Source: an uncultured Veillonellaceae bacterium
Lineage (GTDB): Bacteria > Bacillota > Negativicutes > UBA1444
Assembly (NCBI GenBank): GCA_964638945.1
Contig: CAZXCC010000001.1
Location: 1 to 45,944, forward strand
Direction of reading: 5' to 3'
DNA: 45,944 bases
The notes below the pieces were generated by a model, which ran no database searches, had not been told where the DNA came from, and was given only the letters and a program-made list of their open reading frames with translations. The stretch's first letter is position 1; every line of letters starts with the position of its first letter. Below, piece by piece: positions 1-12,680 of the stretch. A program made the position numbers and the translations under genes.

Positions 1-1
1 A

Positions 2-1399
2 CTGGCTCCTTTACTCCAAAAAAAGGCGCTTTCACCGGTGGAACTGATCAAGGACTGTCTGCAGCAAATTGCGCAAACCGAATCGGAAATTAACGCATAT
101 ATCACAGTGCTTGCGGATGAGGCGCTTCAGGCCGCTGCAGAAGCGGAACGGGAAATCCTGCAGGGGCGGTACCGGGGCGCACTGCACGGAATTCCCTATT
201 CAGCCAAAGATTTGTACATGACTCGGGGAATCAGGACAACAGGAGGCTCAGCACTGCTTGCCGAAAACATACCGACGGAGAATGCGGCGGTTGTCGAACG
301 GCTGGAGCAGGCGGGCGCCATACTGATTGGCAAGAACAATTTGCATGAATTCGCGTATGGCACGACGAATGAAAACGATCATTTTGGCCCTTGCCGCAAT
401 CCGTGGAATACTCGGATGGTTACGGGAGGTTCCAGCGGCGGCTCGGCTGCATCGGTCGCAGCAGCGAGCTCCTCGTTTTCCATGGGTACGGATACCGGTG
501 GTTCGATAAGGATTCCGGCTTCCTTTTGCGGTGTGGTGGGTATCAAGCCAACCTATGGAAGAGTGAGCAAACGGGGAGTACTGCCTCTCAGCTGGTCGAT
601 GGATCATGCAGGGCCGCTGGCCAAATCCGTTTGGGATGCAGCTGCAGTGTTGGAGGCGGTAGCCGGTTATGATGCAGGGGACCCTTCCAGCGCAGATCAT
701 CCTTCTGAACAGTATGCCGCCCTTCTTTCAACGCAGCCGAATCCCGAAATCAAGGGGCTGCGTATCGGAATTTGTCCGGAGTATTACGCCGGACTCTTAC
801 ATCCGGAAGTGGAGGAGGCTTATGCTCGCGTACTGAAATGGTTCGAGGCGAGCGGCGCCGTGATCAGAGAGTGTTCTCACCCTACAAGGGAGGCTTTTAG
901 CGTCGGCAGTGTTCTCACCATGGCGGAAGCATATACATATCATGAACATAACCTGGAGAACCACAAAGAAAAATATGGACCCAGCATACGGTATCGACTG
1001 GAAAAAGGACAATTTCTCCCAGCCTCAGCTTACATCAATGCGCAGCGGTTGCGTCAGAAAGAACGACAAATTTGGGCTGATTTGTATCGGGAAATCGATG
1101 TGTTCCTATCCCCGACAGTCATTATGCCGGCATTTTCTATTGGCGAAAAAACAGTGGCTTTCGGTAGTGACGCAGTCAATCCCCGCGTGCATCCAGTGTT
1201 GATGTATCTGACATCATTGGGGAATTTCAACGGGTATCCGGTCATTTCTCTTCCATGTGGCTTTACAGCGGACGGATTGCCTATTGGTTTTCAAATTCAG
1301 GGCAAACCATTTGCAGAAATGATGGTGTTCCTGAGTGCGTATGCCTATGAGCAGGCGCATCCGCAAATTTGGGAAAGGAAGTGCGGATTGTGGAAATAA
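2..1399 (+). CDS. Amidase-signature (AS) family amidase, GatA/AtzE-like; 5' end runs off the window
   Basis: The frame is open from base 2 (LAPLLQKKALSPVELIKDC precedes the GTG listed at 38). It has the GGSSGGSAAS Gly/Ser-rich AS motif and MGTDTGGSIRIPA catalytic Ser context. Length is about 455 aa, as for GatA-like amidases. Confidence 0.85.
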   Translation: MAPLLQKKALSPVELIKDCLQQIAQTESEINAYITVLADEALQAAAEAEREILQGRYRGALHGIPYSAKDLYMTRGIRTTGGSALLAENIPTENAAVVERLEQAGAILIGKNNLHEFAYGTTNENDHFGPCRNPWNTRMVTGGSSGGSAASVAAASSSFSMGTDTGGSIRIPASFCGVVGIKPTYGRVSKRGVLPLSWSMDHAGPLAKSVWDAAAVLEAVAGYDAGDPSSADHPSEQYAALLSTQPNPEIKGLRIGICPEYYAGLLHPEVEEAYARVLKWFEASGAVIRECSHPTREAFSVGSVLTMAEAYTYHEHNLENHKEKYGPSIRYRLEKGQFLPASAYINAQRLRQKERQIWADLYREIDVFLSPTVIMPAFSIGEKTVAFGSDAVNPRVHPVLMYLTSLGNFNGYPVISLPCGFTADGLPIGFQIQGKPFAEMMVFLSAYAYEQAHPQIWERKCGLWK

Positions 1400-1587
1400 A
1401 CACATTGCGCAGCATCAGCACGGATCTGTGCGGACGGACGGTCGATCCTGTGCTGGAATCACATCTGCCACAATATGCCGTGGAATTGGAAGGCTTATTA
1501 CAGGCAGTTCGGACAACAGCAAAAAAATTCCCCGCCGAACTGGCGCCTGCATCTGTTTTTTCCATCAAACCGTTTGAAACAAAATAA
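1390..1587 (+). CDS. Small (65-72 aa) GatC/AtzG-like putative amidase partner; start uncertain (TTG 1369, GTG 1381 or GTG 1390)
   Basis: This ORF overlaps the amidase stop codon (1397-1399). An AGGAAG sequence lies 8 nt before GTG 1390. A C-terminal ELAPASVF segment recalls the LAP motif I remember for DUF4089/AtzG. No other gene explains the 1400-1590 stretch. Confidence 0.4.
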   Translation: MEINTLRSISTDLCGRTVDPVLESHLPQYAVELEGLLQAVRTTAKKFPAELAPASVFSIKPFETK

Positions 1588-1591
1588 GACT

Positions 1592-1637
1592 GAAAGAGAG
1601 CATGCTGAGGTATCAACTTCAACATGCTCTCTCTTTG
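1592..1637. terminator. Bidirectional hairpin between convergent genes
   Basis: AAAGAGAGCATG (1593-1604) pairs with CATGCTCTCTCTTT (1623-1636), with a 2-nt bulge. It lies between the small ORF stop (1587) and the GGT-family stop (1642). Confidence 0.5.
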
Positions 1638-1641
1638 AGTC

Positions 1642-3249
1642 TTACCAGACTGCAACAGTACCGTCTGTTCGCGGTTCCGTCGCGCCGGTCAGTGAGCCGT
1701 GCTCGTTTCGCCAAATAATCTGACCACGTCCGTACGTTGTCGCACCTACAGCACTTCGGACTACCTGGTGTCCCTTGCGAACTAATGCTTCTGCGATATA
1801 CTCGGGGAAGGAGTATTCCACTTCTATTCTATTGCCTTCAAGCCACTGCCACCTTGGGGCATCCAGCGCAGCCTGGGGGTTCAGCTCATAATCAAGAGCG
1901 TTCATTATTACCTGCACATGTGCCTGGGGCTGAATATATCCGCCCATGATCCCGAAAGGGCCGACCGGCTGACCGTTTTTGGTAAGGAAACCGGGAATAA
2001 TCGTATGGTACGTCCGTTTTCCCGGAATGAGGCAGTTGACATGCTGCGGATCCATGGAGAATGTCGCGCCGCGGTTTTGGAGACTGATGCCTGTGCCGGG
2101 AACGACGGAGCCGGACCCGAACCCATGGAAATTGCTTTGGATGAAGGAGACCATATTGCCTTCGGCATCGGCAGTTGCCATATATACGGTTCCTCCGTTG
2201 TGGGGGCGCCAAGGCTTTACCGATTGAGCCAGTTCACCTATTTGTTTTCTGCGCTCGTCGGCGTATGCCGGAGATAATAATTCCTCAGGATTCCTCTTCA
2301 TCATCCGCGGGTCCGTAATATGTTCCAACCCATCAGCAAAGGCGAGTTTCATTGCTTCAATCTGGCGATGATAGTTGCGGACACTCACTCCACCAGAGAA
2401 ATCAAACCCTTTGAGGATGTTCAGCGCCATTAATGCGATAATTCCCTGGCCATTTGGCGGCAGTTCCCATACTTCATAACCACGGTAATCTGCTTTTAGA
2501 GGAGTGACCCATTCCGGTTTGAAAGCTGCCAAATCAGCCGCGGTGAGAAAGCCGCCGTGTTGTTTGGCGAACGTTTCGATTTTTTCGGCCAGCACTCCGC
2601 CATAAAATGACCTTCCTTCTGTTTCGGCAATGGAACGCAGCGTAGCTGCGTGTCCGGGAGAACGCCAAAGTTCGCCGGCCGTCACGGGTTTTCCTTCAGG
2701 GGCGAATGTGTCAAACCAGGAATCAAATACAGGGCTATTCTGTGAGCGGTACAGTGTAAAGGCGGCTTTCCAAAGCCTGCTGATAACAGGAGAAACGGCA
2801 AACCCCTTTTCTGCATATTCAATGGCCGGTTCCAGCAACTGAGAGAACGGCAATTTGCCGAACCGTTTGGATAGTTCGACCCACGCCGCAGGCGCACCAG
2901 GCACGGTTACAGGAAGGATTCCATACAAGGGGATCTTGTCATGCCCTGCCTTTTTTAATGCCTCAATCGTCATGGATTGAGGTGCGGTTCCGGTAGAATT
3001 CAATCCGTACATCTGTCCATTGATATGTACGATAGCGAATGCATCGCTGCCGATGCCGTTCCCTGAAGGTTCAACCACAGTCAGACAGGCGGCGGTTGCA
3101 ATCGCCGCATCCACTGCATTGCCTCCCTTTTTCAGCATATCGAGTCCTGCCTGTGCAGCAAGAGGCTGCGATGTGGCGACCATGCCACGCGTTCCATAAA
3201 CCAGGCTTCGCCGCGATGGGTATGGATGATATAGAGGATCATAATTCAT
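1642..3249 (-). CDS. Gamma-glutamyltranspeptidase family protein (YwrD-like, no signal peptide)
   Basis: GGT-like over its full length, 535 aa. The Ntn autoprocessing context is HNGGTVYMATAD. The N-terminus MNYDPLYHPYPSRR has no hydrophobic leader. ATG 3249 follows a GGAGG at 9 nt, whereas the listed TTG at 3258 directly abuts the RBS. Confidence 0.85.
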   Translation of the reverse strand: MNYDPLYHPYPSRRSLVYGTRGMVATSQPLAAQAGLDMLKKGGNAVDAAIATAACLTVVEPSGNGIGSDAFAIVHINGQMYGLNSTGTAPQSMTIEALKKAGHDKIPLYGILPVTVPGAPAAWVELSKRFGKLPFSQLLEPAIEYAEKGFAVSPVISRLWKAAFTLYRSQNSPVFDSWFDTFAPEGKPVTAGELWRSPGHAATLRSIAETEGRSFYGGVLAEKIETFAKQHGGFLTAADLAAFKPEWVTPLKADYRGYEVWELPPNGQGIIALMALNILKGFDFSGGVSVRNYHRQIEAMKLAFADGLEHITDPRMMKRNPEELLSPAYADERRKQIGELAQSVKPWRPHNGGTVYMATADAEGNMVSFIQSNFHGFGSGSVVPGTGISLQNRGATFSMDPQHVNCLIPGKRTYHTIIPGFLTKNGQPVGPFGIMGGYIQPQAHVQVIMNALDYELNPQAALDAPRWQWLEGNRIEVEYSFPEYIAEALVRKGHQVVRSAVGATTYGRGQIIWRNEHGSLTGATEPRTDGTVAVW

Positions 3250-3266
3250 GAAAAACAACCTCCAAT

Positions 3267-3410
3267 TTATTTTTTCTTGGGTAGAACCATCTTGATGCCG
3301 GAAAAGATGACAAAAGCGCCAAAGATTTTTTTCAGGTCGGTGGCAGGGATATATTGCGCGAAATTAGCGCTGATCAAGGCGCCGACAAGAGCTCCGGATG
3401 CGATAAGCAT
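3267..3410 (-). pseudogene. 47-codon remnant of a TSUP (TauE/SafE) transporter C-terminus
   Basis: The translation MLIASGALVGALISANFAQYIPATDLKKIFGAFVIFSGIKMVLPKKK aligns by eye with the last TM pair of the TSUP half-gene at 40451-40855 (GGAVGAYVANSISELLLRKIFSAFFAVMSL). An in-frame stop at 3423-3425 lies 4 codons upstream of the ATG, and no TSUP-like sequence is found further upstream. Confidence 0.45.
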
Positions 3411-3526
3411 TGGCGCTTTTAATTAAATTTACCAGTTTGGATTTTATCAAGTGAATTATCTATACTTCGCAAATATTTCTGCAAGGGCATTGAAGTCGTT
3501 GAATGTAGTTTATCCCCGCTCGAATC

Positions 3527-3568
3527 AGAAGAAAGCCGTGCCTGATTTCTCAGAGCATGGCTTTCTTC
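3527..3568 (-). terminator. Hairpin downstream of the Fe-ADH gene
   Basis: AGAAGAAAGCCGTGC (3527-3541) pairs with GCATGGCTTTCTTC (3555-3568), with one G-U pair. It lies 60 nt after the ADH stop. No clear U-run follows, so the call is weak. Confidence 0.35.
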
Positions 3569-3627
3569 AATCAGTGACAATTGCTGATTTTAAAATGACT
3601 TGCGCAAAAGTGGTGAATGGTTTTTTA

Positions 3628-4731
3628 TCAGCGCGTCAGCGAGGTATGCAAAAGGCGTTTCAAATCTTCATGCGAAGGTTTTCTGGCTGTGTAGCCGAAA
3701 TTTGCGGTTTTTTCTGCAAGCAGGGCATACTCTTCCAGTTCCTGCTCTGTTAGCTTTACGCCTTGCGGGAAGAGATCATTCATCAACTTCTGGAAATCCG
3801 ATACAGCCGGCATTTGCATTGCACGCAGCGCACAGGCTGTTTTTTCGCTTTCTGCCGGTGCGATGAAACTTAGGTACTCACCCAATAACAGTCCGTTGGC
3901 CCGGCCATGGGGGACATTTTTGAAATAAGTCAGCGAATAGCCGAGAGCGTGAACGATGGTTGTTCCCGTCTGTGCAATCACCATGCCGCCGAGCAGCGAA
4001 ATGTACAATAGGGTGTTCCTGTCGGTGATGGTTACCGTTCCGGAACGCAATGCATCGATGACGGCGCCAAAACAGCCGATTCCTTCGAGCGCCAGGGCAT
4101 TGCTGGCAGGATTGGAGCGTTTTGAGAGATACCCTTCCAGGCAATGGGATAGAGCATCTACCGCGGTATCCACCGTAATGCTGTGCGTCAGGCTTTGTGT
4201 ATAACGTGCATCGAGAAACGCAACGCGAGGGAACAGATCCGGCGCAGAAAAACTGCGTTTGGTTTGTTTTTCGGCATCAGTCAGAATGGAGTAGGGAGTG
4301 ACTTCGCTGCCGGTTCCTGCGGTAATCGGCACTGCCAAAATGGGAAGCGGCGCAGAAACAAAATTTCCGTCATACAATTTTATGGGCGGAATATCGTTCG
4401 TGGCCAGGACGGCAATCGCTTTTGCAGCGTCAAGAGGAGAACCGCCTCCGATAGCGATAAGCATGTTCGGTTTATATTTGCGGGCAAAGGCTCCCCCAGA
4501 CTCGACCATGGAGAAAGTCGGATTTTCTCCAATTTGATCGAACACTTCCCAGGCAATATTCTGGTTTTTCAAGGCGGTGCACACATCATCCAATGCACCG
4601 CTGATTTTTGCAGAATTGCGTCCGGTCACCAACAGGGCCCGCTTGCCGAACTGGGAGAATTCTGTCTGATTTTGCAGGATACACTCCTCTCCGAAGAACA
4701 CTTTGGTCGGCATGAAAAATCGAAATTGCAT
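3628..4731 (-). CDS. Iron-containing (group III) alcohol dehydrogenase
   Basis: 367 aa. It has the GGGSPLDAAKAIA NAD-binding motif and conserved His residues (HALGYSL) typical of the Fe-ADH family. Confidence 0.85.
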   Translation of the reverse strand: MQFRFFMPTKVFFGEECILQNQTEFSQFGKRALLVTGRNSAKISGALDDVCTALKNQNIAWEVFDQIGENPTFSMVESGGAFARKYKPNMLIAIGGGSPLDAAKAIAVLATNDIPPIKLYDGNFVSAPLPILAVPITAGTGSEVTPYSILTDAEKQTKRSFSAPDLFPRVAFLDARYTQSLTHSITVDTAVDALSHCLEGYLSKRSNPASNALALEGIGCFGAVIDALRSGTVTITDRNTLLYISLLGGMVIAQTGTTIVHALGYSLTYFKNVPHGRANGLLLGEYLSFIAPAESEKTACALRAMQMPAVSDFQKLMNDLFPQGVKLTEQELEEYALLAEKTANFGYTARKPSHEDLKRLLHTSLTR

Positions 4732-5054
4732 GTTTTCGCAACCACCTTAAAATATTTTTTCCATTATACTACGGTTGTTTTCTTTGTGCCACAGGGTAAA
4801 ATAGCTGGGGAAGCAGTAAAACTGACAAAAAATTGTAGTGGATGCTTTGCTGTGAAACGGATTGAGCAAAATTGTGTAATTTTAACTGATTTTATAATAT
4901 TATCTGTAAACTCGAATGGCATATAATACAATAAAATGAGTACAAAAGTGCCTTGAGACGGGAAAATGTTTGTGATAGACTTACAGAGTATGCTAACAGT
5001 GGTATTGTGTGATTTTTATATAGCCTGGAACAGGAATTGGAGAGTGAGTGTGTA

Positions 5055-8000
5055 ATGAAGCAAATCAAAACGGTATTGGTCGCTAACCGCGGCGAAATTG
5101 CCATACGTGTTTTTCGTGCCTGCACTGAACTGGGAATCCGCACTGTGGCAATTTATTCACAGGAGGATGTGTTATCTCTTCACCGGTATAAGGCGGACGA
5201 GACATATCTGATTGGGGAAGGAAAAGGGCCTGTTGAAGCATACCTGGATATTGAGGGCATCCTGAAAATTGCGAAAGAAAACAATGTGGACGCGATTCAT
5301 CCGGGATACGGTTTCCTGGCGGAAAACGCGAACCTGGCAAAACGTTGTGCAGAGGAAAACCTGATATTCATCGGTCCGGAGCTGCGCCATCTGACCATGT
5401 TCGGCGATAAGATCAATGCCCGCATTCAGGCGAAAAAAGCCGGAATTCCCATGATTCCAGGAACTGAGGGGCCGGTTGCCGACTTGGATGAAGTCAAAAG
5501 TTTTGCCGCGAAATACGGCTTTCCCATCATGATCAAAGCGGTACTCGGCGGGGGCGGCCGCGGTATGCGGGTTGTGCGGGATGCAACAGCACTGGAAGCG
5601 ATGTACAATCAGGCACGTTCCGAGGCAAAGGCTTCCTTTGGCAGTGACGAAGTATATCTGGAAAAGCTTCTGGAGCAGCCGAGACACATTGAGGTGCAAA
5701 TCCTGGGAGACCGTCATGGCAATATCGTTCATCTGTATGAACGGGATTGCTCAGTGCAGCGCCGTCACCAAAAACTGGTTGAAGTAGCGCCGGCCTCCCT
5801 GCCGGAACCGCTGCGCCTTGAAATTTGTCAGGCGGCCGTAAAGCTGATGAAGAGTGTGGAGTACGTAAATGCAGGCACCGTGGAATTTTTGGTGACACCG
5901 GAAAACCAGTTTTACTTTATTGAAGTCAATCCCCGTATCCAGGTGGAACATACGATCACTGAAATGGTTACCGGCATCGACATCGTGCAGTCGCAGCTTC
6001 TCATCGCCGACGGCTATTCCCTGCATGGCGAAGAGATCGGAATCCCTGCACAGGAAGCGATTCACTGTTATGGACACGCGATTCAGTGCCGGGTTACAAC
6101 AGAAGATCCAGCCAACAATTTTTTGCCTGATACCGGCAAACTGACCACGTACCGCAGCGGAGGCGGATTCGGCCTGCGGCTTGATGGAAGCAATGCGTAT
6201 GCCGGGTCAGTTATTACGCCGTATTACGATTCATTGCTTGTGAAAGCCATGACTTGGGGCCTGACGCGCAAAGCTGCCATCGCAAAAATGCAGCGTTGTC
6301 TGGGAGAATTCCGTATCCGAGGCGTCAAAACAAACATCCCGTTTTTGGAAAACGTGGTGGGACATGAAAAATTTCTGCACGGAAATTATGATACATCATT
6401 TGTTGATGATTCACCGGAGTTGTTCATTTTTCCTGACCGCAAAGACCGGGCGACCAAGCTCTTGCGATATCTGGGGAATATTTCGGTGAATGGATACGAA
6501 GGAATTTCACGCCGGGAAAAGCCTGCTTACCAGGCACCCAGGATGCCGGAGATTCCGTCGGGAAGCATTCCTGCAGGAACAAAACAAATCCTGGAGGAAA
6601 GAGGCGTCGCTGGATTAACATCCTGGATCAAAGCGCAAAAGAAGGTCTTGCTGACTGATACCACTTTCCGCGATGCACATCAGTCTTTGCTGGCAACTCG
6701 CGTTCGTTCCCGAGATATCATCGATATCATCGATCCAACAGTACGGCTGATGCCCAACCTGTTTTCGCTGGAAATGTGGGGTGGCGCCACTTTTGACGTG
6801 GCATACCGTTTCCTGCATGAAGATCCATGGGAACGACTGGCAGCTTTGCGTGAAAAAACTCCCAACATTTTGTTCCAGATGTTGCTTCGTTCTGCAAATG
6901 CAGTCGGATATACAAACTATCCCGACAACGTGGTGCGGCGTTTTGTTGCGGAGTCGGCTGCAGCGGGGATTGATGTGTTTCGGATTTTTGACAGCCTGAA
7001 TTGGCTTCAGAGCATGCAAGTGGCGATTGATGCCGTGTGCGAGTCCGGTAAGGTGGCGGAGGCGGCTCTATGCTACACCGGAGATATTCTCAATTCCAGC
7101 CGCAGTAAATATGATCTGAAATATTATGTAAACATGGCGAAAGAAATGGAGAAGGCAGGCGCCCATATCCTGGGGATCAAGGACATGGCTGGCTTGCTGA
7201 AACCGGAGGCTGCCTATCAATTGGTCTCTTCCATCAAAGATGCGGTAGATATTCCTGTTCATCTGCACACGCATGATACGAGCGGCAATGGCGTATATAT
7301 GTATGCACGGGCAATTGACGCAGGAGTGGATATCGTGGACGTGGCTATTTCATCTTTGGCAGGCATGACTTCCCAACCAAGTGCCAATAGTCTCTATTAT
7401 GCGCTTTCCGGTCATGAGAGGCAGCCTGAAGCTAATATATGCGGCATGAATGAGCTTTCCCACTACTGGGAAGACGTTCGGACATATTATGCCGACTTTG
7501 ATGCCAAATTGTTTTTTCCCAATCCGGAAGTATACGAGCATGAAATGCCAGGCGGCCAATACAGCAATTTGAAACAGCAGGCCAAGGCTCTCGGACTGGA
7601 GCCGCGTTGGGAAGAGGTCAAGAAAATGTACCGCCGGGTCAATGATCTTTTCGGTGACATCGTAAAAGTGACCCCCTCTTCAAAGGTCGTCGGAGATATG
7701 GCATTGTTTATGGTGGAAAATGGACTTGCGGAAAATGATGTATACGAAAAGGGGGACCGGCTTAATTTTCCACAGTCGGTTGTAGAGTTTTTCGAAGGGC
7801 AGATCGGTCAGCCGTATCAGGGGTTCCCGGAAAAATTACAGAAGATTATCTTGAAGGAGCGCAAACCGCTGGAATGTCGACCGGGCGAAATGATGCCTCC
7901 AGTCGATTTCGATTTGCTCAAGGATGCCATCGGAGCGGTTCCTCATCGTGATGTGACGGAAAAAGATGTGTTGGCATATGCCCTGTATCCCAAGGTGTTT

Positions 8001-8501
8001 AAAGATTGGGTCGGCTTTATGCAGGAATATGGAGATATGTCAGTGTTGGATACCCCCACGTTCTTCTATGGGATGCTGCCTGGAGAGGAGATCCGCGTGG
8101 ACATCGAACAGGGTAAAACACTGTATGTCCGGATGTTGTCAATCGGGATGCCGGATGCTTCGGGGATGAGGCTGGTCAGTTTCGAACTGAATGGCGCAGT
8201 ACGGGAAACTTCCATCAGAGACCGGGCTGTGAAAACTGTTGTCGCCGAACGGCGCAAAGCCGACCCGACCAATCAGGAACAAGTCGCGGCCACGATGTCG
8301 GGTTCAGTGGTGAAAGTGCTCGTGCAAAAAGGGGCCAAGGTGAAAAAAGGAACTCCTTTGGTTGCAACAGAAGCAATGAAGATGGAAACTTCGATCCAGG
8401 CGCCCATGCATGGTTTTGTAAAAGATATCTTTGTTAAAGCAGGAGATTTTATCGAGTCAGGGGATTTGCTGATCGAACTGTCGAGACCGGAAGCGGGATG
8501 A
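5055..8501 (+). CDS. pyc: Pyruvate carboxylase (biotin carboxylase + carboxyltransferase + biotinyl domains)
   Basis: The N-terminus is MKQIKTVLVANRGEIAIRVFRA, as in biotin carboxylases. There is a central HMGL-like carboxyltransferase domain and a C-terminal EAMKME biotinylation motif. Length is about 1148 aa. ATG 5055 is preferred over TTG 5037 by homologue N-termini. Confidence 0.95.
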   Translation: MKQIKTVLVANRGEIAIRVFRACTELGIRTVAIYSQEDVLSLHRYKADETYLIGEGKGPVEAYLDIEGILKIAKENNVDAIHPGYGFLAENANLAKRCAEENLIFIGPELRHLTMFGDKINARIQAKKAGIPMIPGTEGPVADLDEVKSFAAKYGFPIMIKAVLGGGGRGMRVVRDATALEAMYNQARSEAKASFGSDEVYLEKLLEQPRHIEVQILGDRHGNIVHLYERDCSVQRRHQKLVEVAPASLPEPLRLEICQAAVKLMKSVEYVNAGTVEFLVTPENQFYFIEVNPRIQVEHTITEMVTGIDIVQSQLLIADGYSLHGEEIGIPAQEAIHCYGHAIQCRVTTEDPANNFLPDTGKLTTYRSGGGFGLRLDGSNAYAGSVITPYYDSLLVKAMTWGLTRKAAIAKMQRCLGEFRIRGVKTNIPFLENVVGHEKFLHGNYDTSFVDDSPELFIFPDRKDRATKLLRYLGNISVNGYEGISRREKPAYQAPRMPEIPSGSIPAGTKQILEERGVAGLTSWIKAQKKVLLTDTTFRDAHQSLLATRVRSRDIIDIIDPTVRLMPNLFSLEMWGGATFDVAYRFLHEDPWERLAALREKTPNILFQMLLRSANAVGYTNYPDNVVRRFVAESAAAGIDVFRIFDSLNWLQSMQVAIDAVCESGKVAEAALCYTGDILNSSRSKYDLKYYVNMAKEMEKAGAHILGIKDMAGLLKPEAAYQLVSSIKDAVDIPVHLHTHDTSGNGVYMYARAIDAGVDIVDVAISSLAGMTSQPSANSLYYALSGHERQPEANICGMNELSHYWEDVRTYYADFDAKLFFPNPEVYEHEMPGGQYSNLKQQAKALGLEPRWEEVKKMYRRVNDLFGDIVKVTPSSKVVGDMALFMVENGLAENDVYEKGDRLNFPQSVVEFFEGQIGQPYQGFPEKLQKIILKERKPLECRPGEMMPPVDFDLLKDAIGAVPHRDVTEKDVLAYALYPKVFKDWVGFMQEYGDMSVLDTPTFFYGMLPGEEIRVDIEQGKTLYVRMLSIGMPDASGMRLVSFELNGAVRETSIRDRAVKTVVAERRKADPTNQEQVAATMSGSVVKVLVQKGAKVKKGTPLVATEAMKMETSIQAPMHGFVKDIFVKAGDFIESGDLLIELSRPEAG

Positions 8502-8540
8502 AAAACGGGCGTCACTTGGAAAAGTGACGCCCGTTTTTAT
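8502..8540. terminator. Bidirectional rho-independent terminator
   Basis: AAAACGGGCGTCACTT / AAGTGACGCCCGTTTT forms a perfect 16-bp stem. It is flanked by an A-run and a T-run and lies between convergent pyc and the PFOR gene. Confidence 0.85.
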
Positions 8541-8559
8541 TTCAGACAGTCAGAAGGGA

Positions 8560-12177
<3,618 letters not shown>

Positions 12178-12680
12178 TCAAATTGCGAATGGGGAAAATT
12201 TGCAGAGGGTGGAAAGCTTGTCAGGCAACAGACAAAATATAAATAATACCGAATCGCTCAACGAATAAACCATAACTGCGATTAGGACAGACAAAGAAAA
12301 TCCGTCCACCAATGGCAAACAAGACGAGAAAAGTAATATAAATATAATATCACGTTTTAGTAATTCGTGCTTCTAAAACGATTTTCCTTCTTTCGTTGAT
12401 TTGGGTCTTTTTGTTCGTTTTGTTTGCGGAGATGGATTGCAAAGACTCGCGGCGCAACTTTTTTCTGGATATATATACGGTTGCTAAAGAGTCGCGAAAT
12501 AAATTTATATCCATCCTATAATTTTATTTTTTTGCAGCATAATATCAGGTACACTAGGGATAAGAGAAATCCGTTGTTGATGGACTGGATCTGACTGCAG
12601 AATGCAGCTGCTTGCCGGGTGAAATAAATCAATGGGTGAATTCATGACAAAAATGGATTTTGTCCGAAGAGGTGGAGAAG

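Noticed and set aside
6714-6734. A tandem 9-bp direct repeat GATATCATC-GATATCATC-GAT inside pyc.
   Set aside because: It simply encodes DIIDIID within an otherwise normal pyruvate carboxylase. It is too short to indicate a mobile or regulatory element.
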